From NCBI GenBank assembly GCA_963749655.1, contig CAVVOB010000038.1, positions 32,001-96,000 on the forward strand: DNA of 64,000 nucleotides. The letters are read 5' to 3'. The notes beneath the pieces were generated by a model. That model searched no databases, was not told the origin of the DNA, and worked only from the letters and a program-made list of their open reading frames with translations. The stretch comes from Nitrospirota bacterium (GTDB lineage Bacteria > Nitrospirota > UBA9217). The position numbers and the translations under genes were made by a program. Positions 10,114-20,858 of this stretch are shown one piece after another; within the stretch, counting starts at the first letter, position 1, and every line of letters starts with the position of its first letter.

Positions 10114-11209
10114 TCAGTTATCTATCGATATTCCGGCTTCCCCCGCATCTACCGTTAAAGCCAGATAGTTCACCCCATCGAACCCATACAGGTTTATCAC
10201 GGCTTCTGTCCCGCTCGCGAGCGCGCCGGCCGTGCCGGCATTGCTGTAATCAACGGAGAGTGTCCTGCCGCCTTTATCGGTAATGGTAAAGGTATGGGCC
10301 GTCGTGTCCAGGTTGGAGACCGTTCCCTCGAGCTTCACGTATACGGCAGTGGCCGTGATGATCGTTGTGGACAGGTCCATGGCCGCGGTCTTGACCTTGA
10401 CGCGCAAACCGTCGATCACGGCGCCCTGGAGCAGGCTGTCGAGGCCCGGCTGCTGCGTCACCGTGATTCCGGAGTAGAGTACGCTGAACGTGGAAGACCC
10501 TTTCGTGAGCGTGAAGGTTTTTTCCGGTCGTGGAGAGGCCGGAGACGAGGCCCGTTATGCTCTCGGGTTCTCCGAGTGCTTCCACTTCTCCGGCATGGAG
10601 CGGCGACACCTTCATGGTCACCGTACAGGTTGTGGGCGTGCCGAATCCGACCACATCGAATTCCTTGAGATTGAAATCAAGAGCTAGTTTGCTCTGCTGA
10701 TTGGCGAGCACGTTCACCGCGCCGGTGATGTCCAGCGAACAGTTTGTTCCGCTGCAGCTCAGGGTATTCGGCGCGTTCCCCGCATCCTTGTAGGACACGA
10801 AGGAGCAGAGCGAGGTCGTTCCCGGGACCGTGCCGGTGGCCGCGGTCGCCAGGACCACGTTCTTCTCGAACTCTATCCGGATGCGGTTGTACGATGCAGC
10901 GGGACATCGGACGATGCTCGCGAGATGCATTACGTTCGCGAGCCCGGCGATATTCACGGCCAGGGGCGTCGTCAGCATGTCACAGGAGTCACCCGAGCCG
11001 GTGTTCAGGACCTGCACACTGTTGATCGTAGCAGTCACCCGGGTAAAGAGGGACATGTCATCGGTGATGTAAAGTCCCACGACACCCGGGGCAACACCGC
11101 CAGTTCCGCTGCCGTTGTTGCCGGAGCAGGAATAAAGAAGGAACGCTGAAAAGCATGCAATCAAAGCAGCCGCAATAAAGCCTACTAATACTTTCTTCTT
11201 ATTTTTCAT
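10114..11209 (-). CDS. Lipoprotein, DUF4382-like (frameshift near 10520)
   Basis: Signal peptide with lipobox LYSC; 'LYITDD' and 'LALDFNL' motifs; frame change at a T-run joins ORFs 10274-11263 and 10114-10461. Confidence 0.6.
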
Positions 11210-11513
11210 TATGCGCCTCCTGAACGCGGTACTTATACAAGCCGTGATGGTCACCGTGAACATGATACTAAGAAGCTATCACTGATCCGCAGGTTGTCAA
11301 GCACCGCGACGCGCGTGCCATCCGCACCCCCCGATTAGAATTCGATGATATACTCTAAATGCTGCATTATGCAGTTCCCTATTTCATCGTGTTTGCTGCG
11401 AATACGCTGTCCCTTGTCTGCCCAGGCTGATCGGACGAGATAGCCTGCCCGTGAGAAAAGAGCGATAAAAATGGCGGTACTGACAAAGAGTCGGGAGTGT
11501 TGATTTCAACAGT

Positions 11514-14500
11514 ATGAAGAACAGCGAGACCCATAGGGACGATTTCCGGACAGTGAGTGCCTGGGACCGCACCGTGTACCTGCTTGCTTTTCTTGCGCTC
11601 CTTACAGGACTCTCTATTACGAGCTTGTACAGCTACCCTCTGTTTCACAGCCTTGCCGAATTATTCAGCATCGTTATAGCGTTCGGCATATTCGTCATCG
11701 CCTGGAACTCCCGGCCTTTTCTGAACAACAACTACCTGCTGTTCCTCGGCATAGCCTACCTCTTCGTCGGAGGCCTGGATCTCATTCATACCCTTGCTTA
11801 TAAAGGCATGGGCGTGTTCAAAGTCAACGACGCCGATCACCCGACCCAGTTATGGATCGCAGCCCGTTATCTGCAGAGCCTGTCGCTGCTGGCCGCCCCC
11901 TTTTTCATCGGACGAAGGCTCAATGCCGGCGCCGTGCTGGCCGGATATGCCGGCATCTTTGCTCTGCTGCTGTGGACCATCTTCGGCAGCGATAGTTTCC
12001 CCGTGTGCTACGTTGACGGCACGGGGTTGACGCCGTTCAAGAAGAACAGCGAGTACGTGATCAGTCTCGTGCTGCTGCTGTCCGGAGCAGCGCTGCTTCG
12101 GAGGAAAAGCGTGTTTGAGGGGAAGGTCCTCCGTCTTCTTCTCCTTTCCCTGGCGGCGACCATCGTTTCGGAGCTTGCCTTTACCTTTTATATCGGCGTC
12201 TATGATCTGTCCAACCTGGTAGGGCACCTGTTCAAGATCATAGCGTTCTCTTTTGTCTATCTGGCTATCATCAAAACGGGCATCAAGGACCCCTTTGACA
12301 TCATATTTAGAAGCCTGAAACAGCGCGAGGAGGAGCTGCAGAAAACAAAGACAGGGCTGGAGGTGCGCGTTGCAGAGCGCACCGAGGATCTGAACGCGTC
12401 GAAGCAAATGCTCGAACGGGAGATTGATGAACACAAGCGCACTGAAGAGATGCTGAAGGGACAGTACTCGACCCTGAGCAGCATTCTCGAGGGCGCGAAT
12501 GCACTGATCTTCTCGGTGGACCGGCAGTACCGGTACACCAGCTTCAACTCAGCCCACGCAGCGGTAATGAAGGCCATATACGGCACGGAGATCAGAAACG
12601 GCTGGAGCATACTGGATTTCATGACTGTTCCCGAAGACCGTGAAAAGGCGAAACAGAACCTCGACCGTGCTTTGGGGGGTGAGCGCCATATGGAATCGGC
12701 CTATTCCGGCGAGGACGCGAGGTCCCGGCGGTACTTCGAAGTGTCCCACAGCCCGGTCGTTGCCGACGACGGATCGGTGATCGGCGTGGCGGTGCTGTCG
12801 CAGGATATCACCGACCGCAGACAGGCGGAAGAGGCCCGGCGCAGATACAGCGAGGAGATCGAAGGCCTTTATAATTTCGCCCCCTGCGGCTATCATTCAC
12901 TGGACTCTGAAGGAGTCATTATCCGGATCAACGATACCGAACTCCAGTGGCTTGGTTATGCGCGGGACGAGATCGTGAAAAAATGAGGTTCTCCGATATC
13001 GTAACAGAGAAGAGTCTGCAGGTCTTTCAAGCGAACTTCCCTCTGTTCAAGAAACAGGGCTGGGCGAGAGACCTGGAATTGCGAAATGATACGCAAAGAC
13101 GGGACGCTCCTGCCGGTGCTCCTGAGCGCCACGGCGATCTACGACGAGGACGGCAATTTCGCGATGAGCAGGTCGACCGTCTACGACATCACCAGGCGCA
13201 AACAGGCCGAGGATGCTCTGCGAGAAAGCGAGCAAAAGTACCGCGATATATTCGATAGTGTTCTCGACGGACTGTACCTTCTCCGTGCAGGTCCGGGACA
13301 AACCGCGGTCTCTACGGTACATGGGCCGGGTTGCGCTTCAGTGACCGGCTATGCACCGGAGGACTATGCGGGCGACCCGGGTCTCGGTATCGAATGGTGT
13401 ACAACCGGACCGGCGGAGGTGATCGGGAAGACGTCAGGATCCTGGCAGGCGAAGCGGCATCGCCGCTGGAACACCGGATTATCCACCGGGACGGCTCCCT
13501 GCGCTGGGTGCGGAATACGTCCGTAGCCAGTGACCAGAAACGGCGGCAAATCGGCTACGATGGTCTGATCGCAAAGTATCGCCGGGCGCAAGCGGGCGGA
13601 GGAGCAACTGCGCCCCATCGAAGAGAGATACGGACTCTGGAATCCTTTGACGTCTTTTTATCACCTCACGGGACGGGAAAATCCTCGACATGAACAAAAA
13701 AGGCATTGCGCTATTCGGGTACGACACGAAAGAGGAAGTTTGTCGCCTTGATCTGGAACGGGACGTCTATGCTTATCCGCTGGACGGGAGCAGATCCTTG
13801 CACTCGTTGGGGCGCTGGGCACGGCCGAATATGAAATCATCGTCAAGAAAAAGAGCGGTGAAAGAATAACAGCTCATTGCGCATTGACAGCCGTACAAGG
13901 AGACGACGGTGAGATTACCAGTTACCGGGGAATCATTCAGCGCATCACGGAGCAAAAGCTGGCAGAGGAGGCCTTGCGCCGGCTGAACCGCGAACTGCGC
14001 GCCATCAGCAACTGCAACCAGACCTTGATGCGTGCGACGGACGAGCAGACGCTCCTGAACGACGTCTGCCGCATAATCTGCGATGAGGCCGGCTACCGCA
14101 TGGCGTGGGTCGGCTATGCCGGAGAACGACGAGCAAAGAAGCGTCCGTCCCGTGGCCTGGGCCGGGGTAGAGGATGGATATCTGGCCACCGCCGAGATCA
14201 CCTGGGCAGACTGCGAACGCGGGCGCGGGCCCACGGGAACGGCCATCAGAACCGGAGAGAGCGCCTGCATCACGGATTTTATGACCGATCCGCAGGCCGC
14301 CCCCTGGCGCGAGAATGCCCTGAAGCGCGGATACCGTTCCAGCATCTCCATGCCCCTCAAGGATGAAAGCGGACAAACCTTCGGCGCCCTCACAATCTAT
14401 TCCACTGATTCGAATACCTTCACGCCCGGCGAGCGACGGCTCCTGGAGGAACTGGCTGGCAATCTCGCCTTCGGCATCACGATCCTGCGCGCCCGGATCG

Positions 14501-15252
14501 AGCGCAGCCGGACCGAGGAGGCGTTGCGCGAGCGGGAAAGACACGCACAGTCGCTGCTTCGCCTTTCCCGCAGGCTGGAACGCGCCCAGACGTACGATGA
14601 AGTCCTGAACGCCGCGCGGGACGAAGTCAGGACCAGCATCGGCTACAACAACCTGTGGGTTTACCTTCTTGACGAAGACAACCAGCATGCCAAAGCGCTG
14701 ATTGCCGGAGGACCGATGGCCGATGTCGTGATGTCGGAGGAGGGCGCGGCAATCCTGACCATCCGGGGCGACCGCATGCTCGAGGAGATCGTCGGAACGA
14801 AAGATATCGTGGTAGTCGAGGATGCGCGAATCGACGATCGAACCGACAAGAAGATCGTGGCTGTGCTGGGAAACCGCACCATCGTCAACGTTCCGATCTT
14901 CCTGATGGACAAGCGCCTCGGATCGGTGGGGATGGGGACGTTCGGCGACGAGGGTGTGCGCGTCCCCACGAAGTCCGAGCTGGAATACCTGTCCGCGCTG
15001 GCGAGTCACATGGCGGTCACGCTCGACTGGATCCAGCTGCTCATTCGTCGCAAGAATGCTGAGGAGGATCTGCGCAAGCTGAACCAGGAACTCGAACAGC
15101 GGGTGAAGCAGCGAACCGCGGAGCTGGAGCAGAAAAACGAGGAGCTGGAACGGATAAACAGGCTCTTCGTCGGCCGGGAGCTTCGCATGGTGGAGCTGAA
15201 GGACAGAATAAGGGAGATGGAAGAGATCATCGCAGGGAGGGAAAAGAAATGA
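11514..15252 (+). CDS. MASE3-PAS(n)-GAF-GAF membrane sensor without kinase domain, ending in RELRM tail (several frameshifts)
   Basis: MASE3 motifs (LFHSLAELFS, DLIHTLAYKGM, TQLWIAAR, SELAFT); PAS and GAF segments across ORFs 11514-12986, 13086-, 13884- and 14083-15252; ends LFVGRELRMVELKDRIREME. Confidence 0.8.
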
Positions 15253-16121
15253 ACAGGAGCCGAAGACCTGCTGTGATGTCCCTGGCGCTCTGCTTCGCCA
15301 TGCTGGCGTTCTCTCTGCCCTCATGTTCTGCCGTGTCCAGCGCCGGCGCTGCCGAACGGTACGCGTTCGGCGTGGTGCCCCAGTTCGAACAGCGAAAGCT
15401 GCACGGCATATGGACACCGATCATCAGGGAACTGGAAAAGCGGACCGGACTGAACTTCGACGCTGGTGACCACGCTCACTATCAACGACTTTGAAAAGGA
15501 GCTGGCAAACGGCAAGCTTTGATTTCGTATACACGAATCCTTACCACATCCTCAGGGAAAGCCGGAACCAGGGCTATATGCCTCTGGTGACGGGACCTGG
15601 CCCCGCTCAAAGGAATTCTTGTCGTCAGGAAAGACAGCCCGCTGCAAAAACCCGCCGACGTCGCAGGCAAGGTCGTCGCCTTTCCCTCGCCCAATGCCAT
15701 CGGCGCTTCGCTCCTGATGCGCGCAGATCTCGAAAGACTGCATGGGACTGTCGTCAAACCACTGTACGTGAAGACGCACAGTTCCGTGTATCTGCACGTG
15801 GTCAAGGGGCTGGCGGATGCCGGGGGCGGCGTCGAGAAGACGCTTCAGGAGCAGGACCCGGCGGTTCGCGAAGCGCTGCGGATCATTTATACGACGCGTT
15901 CCATCCCGTCGCATCCCATAGCAGCGCATCCGAGGGTGCCGAAGAAACACCGGGAAGAAGTGCGCCGCGCCTTGCTCGCTCTGGCGGAAACCGCCGAGGG
16001 CAGGGAACTGCTTTCGAAGGTGCCGATAAAACAACTGGTGTCCACGTCCATGGAGGATTATCGGGATATGCTCTGGTGGGGCCTCGAATCCTACTGGGAC
16101 GCGGCATGGAAAGAGGAGTGA
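15249..16121 (+). CDS. PhnD/SsuA-like periplasmic substrate-binding protein (frameshifted)
   Basis: Signal peptide; FGVVPQ...WTPIIRELEKRTG; DFVYTNPY; THSSVYLHV; PSHPIAAHPRV, spread over three frames. Confidence 0.8.
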
Positions 16122-16125
16122 CCAA

Positions 16126-17778
16126 GTGAGCCTCCGGGCAAAAGTATTATTGCCGCTGGCGGCGTTCAGCATCGTCCTCGTTGCGTATCTTTACGCATAC
16201 TGGATGCCGCTGTCCCTTGCGAACATCGAAGCGGGGTTTCAACAGTCCATCGAGAAGCACCTGGACAGCGTCGACGAAGGGCTCGTCCCGCTCCTGCTGG
16301 GGCGCCAGCTGGATGCCGTCTACGAAAACCTGGACAGGCTGATGGCTAAAAACAAGGATTGGATCGATCTCAGTCTGACGGATCCGGAAGGCAGAATACT
16401 GTATCCGCTGATTCCCCGTACGTCGACAAAGGCGGCCGCCGGGAACGATGTTCATTTCGTCGAGCGGCGCATCAAATATCTCGACCGTGACCTCGGCAGC
16501 CTGGCGCTGCAGGTGGATTTCGGTCCGCGGCTGTCGGAGTTGAGGAAAAGGCACTGGGAACTCACGCTGGTCTTGCTGGGAGTCGTTCTGGTATTTGTCG
16601 TGACAACAGGCGTCTTCCTGGACCGGCTTGTGGTGCGGCCCGTTAAGCTGCTGTCTCACGCTTCCCGGAAACTGGCCGAAAACGATTTCAATGTGCCGGT
16701 CGAAAAAGTCGGCGAGGACGAGGTCGGTGTCCTGGTGGACGATTTCGACGGCATGCGGTCCGCGCTGCGGGAGTATCGTTTTCATTTGCAGAATATCCAT
16801 GAGCAACTGCAGCTCGAACTCGCCGAGCGCAGGAAGGCGGAACAGGAGCTGAGGGAGGCGCATAAAAGGCTCCTCACAGTTTTGAACAGTCTGGATGCCA
16901 TCGTGTATGTCGCCGACATGAACACCTATGAGACGCTGTTCATTAATAAATACCTCGAGGATATTTGCGGGGATGTCATCGGCAAGCAGTGCTGGCAAAG
17001 CCTGCAGTCCGGACAATCGGGGCCCTGCGGTTATTGCACGAACAAATATCTCCTTGCGCCGGGCGGCGAGCCCGCGGGTGTCTACCAATGGGAGTTTCGG
17101 AACACCAGGGACGGGCGCTGGTACGATAATCGGGACAGGGCCATTCAGTGGGTCGACGGCCGGTACGTGCGACTGGAGATCGCTACGGACATTACCAGGC
17201 GGAAGGAAACGGAAGAAGCTCTCCTGAAAAGCAGGGAAGTGGTCGAGCGCATCTTTTCCATGACAACGACCTGCATCGCTTACCTGGACCGCGATTTCAA
17301 TTTTATCAGAGTGAACAAGGAGTATGCCGAAGCCGACGGCAAGACCCCTGAATATTTCACCGGCAAGAACCATTTTGCGCTCTTTCCGAACGCTGAAAAC
17401 GAAGCGATCTTCAGAAACGTCGTGCAGACGGGAGAGCAGTACCGGGTCCATGCAAAGCCATTTGAATACAGGAACCATCCGGAACGCGGGGTCACCCATT
17501 GGGACTGGAGCCTTACCCCGGTCAGGGACGCGGCGGGCGAAGTCGAGGCGCTCATATTATCGTTGATAAACGTGACCGAACGCGTAATGGCCCAGGAGGG
17601 CCTCGCCAGACTCAACGACGAGCTGGAAGAGCGCATACGGGGCAGGACGCGAGAGCTCGAGGAAAAGAACAGGGAACTGGAACGCCTGAATAAAATTTTC
17701 GTCAACAGAGAACTCCGCATGGTGGAGCTCAAGGACAGGATAAGGGAACTGGAAGAAGGTCTGAGGAGGACTTCATGA
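16126..17778 (+). CDS. Membrane sensor (periplasmic domain-HAMP-PAS-PAS) without kinase domain, ending in RELRM tail
   Basis: Two TMs; HAMP (RPVKLL...DEVGVL); two PAS domains; ends KIFVNRELRMVELKDRIRELEE. Intact ORF. Confidence 0.85.
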   Translation: MSLRAKVLLPLAAFSIVLVAYLYAYWMPLSLANIEAGFQQSIEKHLDSVDEGLVPLLLGRQLDAVYENLDRLMAKNKDWIDLSLTDPEGRILYPLIPRTSTKAAAGNDVHFVERRIKYLDRDLGSLALQVDFGPRLSELRKRHWELTLVLLGVVLVFVVTTGVFLDRLVVRPVKLLSHASRKLAENDFNVPVEKVGEDEVGVLVDDFDGMRSALREYRFHLQNIHEQLQLELAERRKAEQELREAHKRLLTVLNSLDAIVYVADMNTYETLFINKYLEDICGDVIGKQCWQSLQSGQSGPCGYCTNKYLLAPGGEPAGVYQWEFRNTRDGRWYDNRDRAIQWVDGRYVRLEIATDITRRKETEEALLKSREVVERIFSMTTTCIAYLDRDFNFIRVNKEYAEADGKTPEYFTGKNHFALFPNAENEAIFRNVVQTGEQYRVHAKPFEYRNHPERGVTHWDWSLTPVRDAAGEVEALILSLINVTERVMAQEGLARLNDELEERIRGRTRELEEKNRELERLNKIFVNRELRMVELKDRIRELEEGLRRTS

Positions 17779-18647
17779 AATCGACTTCACTATCGTTCGC
17801 GATCAACGTCATAAAGGCGGGAATTAGGATTGCGCTGCTTGCGGCGATCGTCCCCGGCGCTTTCCCGCATGCATCGGCGGAGCAGCAGGTCGTCTATACT
17901 CTTGCCGTCCTTCCTTCCGCTCCGCCTGTAGTCATGCACACACAATGGACGCCGTTCCTGGAGCGCCTCTCCCGCGAAACAGGCCTTGAGTTCCGCCTTA
18001 AAGTTTACGAAAAAATGTCTGATTTCGAACAGGATATCTGGAGCGGTGCGCCTGACTTCATCTTTGCCTCGCCGATCCAGACCGTAGTGGCCCACACGCG
18101 GAACGGCTACATACCGCTCGTGCGCGGCGGCAATCCCGTTTCGGTCAGGCTCTTCGTCCGCAATGATTCCACGGTCAAAACCATTGACGATCTTTCCGGG
18201 AAAACGATCGCCTTTGTCGGAAACAAGAACCTCTGCAGCGTGTTTGTCAGGCATTTGCTTGACAACCGGCAGATGAAAGTTGCCTACCTGTCGGAGTATA
18301 CCGGTTCAACCAAGAATGTGATCAAAAGCGTTCTGTTGGGCAAGAACGACGCCGGAGCGGTTTTCGTACCCGAGTTGGAACGGGAGACGGCAGAAACCCG
18401 CAGTCTGATGCGGCCGCTCCTTGATACGCCGAAAATCGCCCCCCATCCGCTTAGCGCACAACCGCGCGTGCCGAAGAACGTTCAGAAAAAGGTGGCAAAG
18501 GCGGTGCTTGACATAGCCGGGACGCCGGAGGGCGCGGAACTTGTCAAAACGCTCAGGCTGCCGTCGCCGGTTGCGGCCGACTATGAACGGGATTATAAGA
18601 TGCTCGAGGAAGTGGACGTGATCGGGCTGACGGATTGGGGGCATTGA
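17775..18647 (+). CDS. PhnD/SsuA-like periplasmic substrate-binding protein
   Basis: Signal peptide; WTPFLERLSRETG; DLSGKTIAF; NVIKSVLLG; APHPLSAQPRV. Confidence 0.85.
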   Translation: MKSTSLSFAINVIKAGIRIALLAAIVPGAFPHASAEQQVVYTLAVLPSAPPVVMHTQWTPFLERLSRETGLEFRLKVYEKMSDFEQDIWSGAPDFIFASPIQTVVAHTRNGYIPLVRGGNPVSVRLFVRNDSTVKTIDDLSGKTIAFVGNKNLCSVFVRHLLDNRQMKVAYLSEYTGSTKNVIKSVLLGKNDAGAVFVPELERETAETRSLMRPLLDTPKIAPHPLSAQPRVPKNVQKKVAKAVLDIAGTPEGAELVKTLRLPSPVAADYERDYKMLEEVDVIGLTDWGH

Positions 18648-18649
18648 CA

Positions 18650-20839
18650 ATGTCTTTCGTTCCCCATCGATTGAACTCGCGATTGGTACTGCTGGTCTGT
18701 GTCACGCTGGTTGCGAGCGGCGCGCTGTCCGGCTGGGTGACCGCAAAGAATCAGTCCCGCATGCTGATCGCGGCGATGCGCTCCGAATCGTCGGTCATGG
18801 CCAGGAATTTCGCGGAGAGCGGCGCCTACTACCTGGTGCTGAACGACTACGCCGGCCTGGAGTCCTTCCTGCTCAAGTCCGCGGAGCTGCCGGACATCAC
18901 GGCGCTCCAGGTATGCGAACCGAACGGTGCGCCGCTCGTGCAAATTGAACGAAACCCGGGCGCCAGGCCTGTCGCAAAGGCCGCTGTGGCCCCGATGACG
19001 CCTCCGTCGTCCGCATCCACGGAAATCGGCACTGAGGAAGAACGCATGATCATCTGGCAGCCGATCGTGGCCGGCAAGCTGCTCGGATGGCTCAAGGTAA
19101 CCTACAGCCTGTCGGACATCCGGAAAACGCAGACCGAGACCCTGATAAACAGCCTGGTTCTTGCGTTCGTCTGGGTGGCCGGAAGCTCGATCGTTCTGCT
19201 GCTGGTCATGCGGACGACTGTGCGATTGTTTAGCGAGCTCACCTCCTTCGCCAGGCAGCTTGATGAGCACAAGGGGACGGAGATATCCGTCAATACGCAG
19301 ATCAGCGAGATCTCGGAGCTTGCGGCGTCGCTGAACTATGCCTCGAAGAAGCTCCACTCCTCGGAGCAGCAGCTCGTCCTCGACCGTGAACGGCTGCGGA
19401 AGAGCGAAGAAAATTACCGGTATCTGCTGAACACGGTCCATGAGGGCATATGGGTCATCGACAAGGATGCGGTCACCACGTTCGTGAACCCGCGCATGGC
19501 CGAGATTCTGGGATATGCTCCCGAGGAGATGACCGGGAAGCCCCTTTTCTCTTTCATGGACGACGGGGGCAGAGCGCTCGCCGAGCGCAACGTGGAGCGG
19601 AGGAAGCAGGGCATCAAGGAGCAGCACGATTTCGAATTCATCCGGAAGGACGGGACGCGGATCTATACGAGCCTGGAAACCGGTCCGATACAGGACGACA
19701 ACGGACAGTATGCCGGCGCTATCGCCGCCATCTCCGACATCACCGGGAGCAGGAAACTGGAGGACGAGCGGCAGGCGAATTTTAAATTCTTCGAAAGTAT
19801 GGACAAGATCAACCGGGCTATTCAGGGCGCCCCGGATGTCGACGGCATGATGAACGATGTGCTTACGGCCACGCTTTCTCTCTTCGATTGCGATCGGGCG
19901 TGGCTCTTCTATCCGTGCGAGCCCGATGCCCCTCTGTTTCGAGTCCCGATGGAGGTTGCCAAAAGTGAATACCCGGGCGCGGGAGCACTGAATGTGGATA
20001 TACCGATGCCCCCGGACATGGCCCTGAATCTGCGGGAGGCACTGGCAGCCGCGGGTCCGGTGACATACACCGAAGGGACGGAAAAACCCGTTAACAAACT
20101 AAGCGCCGAGCAATTCAGCGTCCGGTCCATGATGCTGACCGCCCTGTATCCCAAGTCGGGCAAGCCCTGGGCCTTCGGCCTCCACCAGTGTTCCTACCCG
20201 CGTGTCTGGTTGCCGGAAGAGGAGCGGCTGTTTCAGGAGATCAGCAGGCGAATGGCCGACGCCGTGAGCAGTCTGCTGTCTCAGCACGACCTGCGGGAAA
20301 GCGAGACGCGGTATCGCCAGCTGGTAGACATGTCGCGCGATATGATCACGATCCATCTCTACGCGCAGGGAACGGTTGTTTTCGTAAACGAGGCCTGTGT
20401 AAGAATGACGGGGGCCTCAAGTCCCGATCAGCTTATCGGGAGATCTGTGCTCGAGTTTGTGCCCGCCGGCAGCAAAGAAATGGCCCGGGAGAGAATGCAG
20501 AACACGGTGAAGGGTGCGTCCAAGTCACCTCTCGATGAGCAAAAACTGCTCAGGCTCGACGGGACGGAGCTGGATATTGAAGTGTGGAGAGTCCCCTTCA
20601 ATTATCAGGGCCAGGCAGCCGTACAGCTCGTCGCGCGCGACATTACCGAGCGAAAGCGGGCCGAGGAAGAGCTGCAGAAACTGAACGAACAGCTCGAGCA
20701 GAGGGTCAAGGACCGGACAACCGAACTGGAAGCGAAGAACAGGGAGTTGGAGCGGCTGAACAAGGTATTCGTGGGCAGGGAGCTGCGCATGGCGGAGCTG
20801 AAGAAGCGCATTAAGGAGCTGGAGAGAAAACCGTCGTGA
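18650..20839 (+). CDS. Membrane sensor (periplasmic domain-HAMP-like-PAS-GAF-PAS) without kinase domain, ending in RELRM tail
   Basis: Two TMs; PAS (FVNPRMAEILGY); GAF (GLHQCSYPRVW); PAS; ends KVFVGRELRMAELKKRIKELE. Intact ORF. Confidence 0.85.
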   Translation: MSFVPHRLNSRLVLLVCVTLVASGALSGWVTAKNQSRMLIAAMRSESSVMARNFAESGAYYLVLNDYAGLESFLLKSAELPDITALQVCEPNGAPLVQIERNPGARPVAKAAVAPMTPPSSASTEIGTEEERMIIWQPIVAGKLLGWLKVTYSLSDIRKTQTETLINSLVLAFVWVAGSSIVLLLVMRTTVRLFSELTSFARQLDEHKGTEISVNTQISEISELAASLNYASKKLHSSEQQLVLDRERLRKSEENYRYLLNTVHEGIWVIDKDAVTTFVNPRMAEILGYAPEEMTGKPLFSFMDDGGRALAERNVERRKQGIKEQHDFEFIRKDGTRIYTSLETGPIQDDNGQYAGAIAAISDITGSRKLEDERQANFKFFESMDKINRAIQGAPDVDGMMNDVLTATLSLFDCDRAWLFYPCEPDAPLFRVPMEVAKSEYPGAGALNVDIPMPPDMALNLREALAAAGPVTYTEGTEKPVNKLSAEQFSVRSMMLTALYPKSGKPWAFGLHQCSYPRVWLPEEERLFQEISRRMADAVSSLLSQHDLRESETRYRQLVDMSRDMITIHLYAQGTVVFVNEACVRMTGASSPDQLIGRSVLEFVPAGSKEMARERMQNTVKGASKSPLDEQKLLRLDGTELDIEVWRVPFNYQGQAAVQLVARDITERKRAEEELQKLNEQLEQRVKDRTTELEAKNRELERLNKVFVGRELRMAELKKRIKELERKPS

Positions 20840-20858
20840 TTTTTGAAACGGACTTGCT

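Noticed and set aside
12975-12990. Programmed frameshift at the A-run in the MASE3 sensor (and at other A/T runs)
   Set aside because: Indistinguishable from the many homopolymer indels in the window; no stimulatory structure identified.
15249-18647. Phosphonate ABC uptake operon
   Set aside because: No PhnC ATPase or PhnE permease nearby; the binding proteins are interleaved with sensors.
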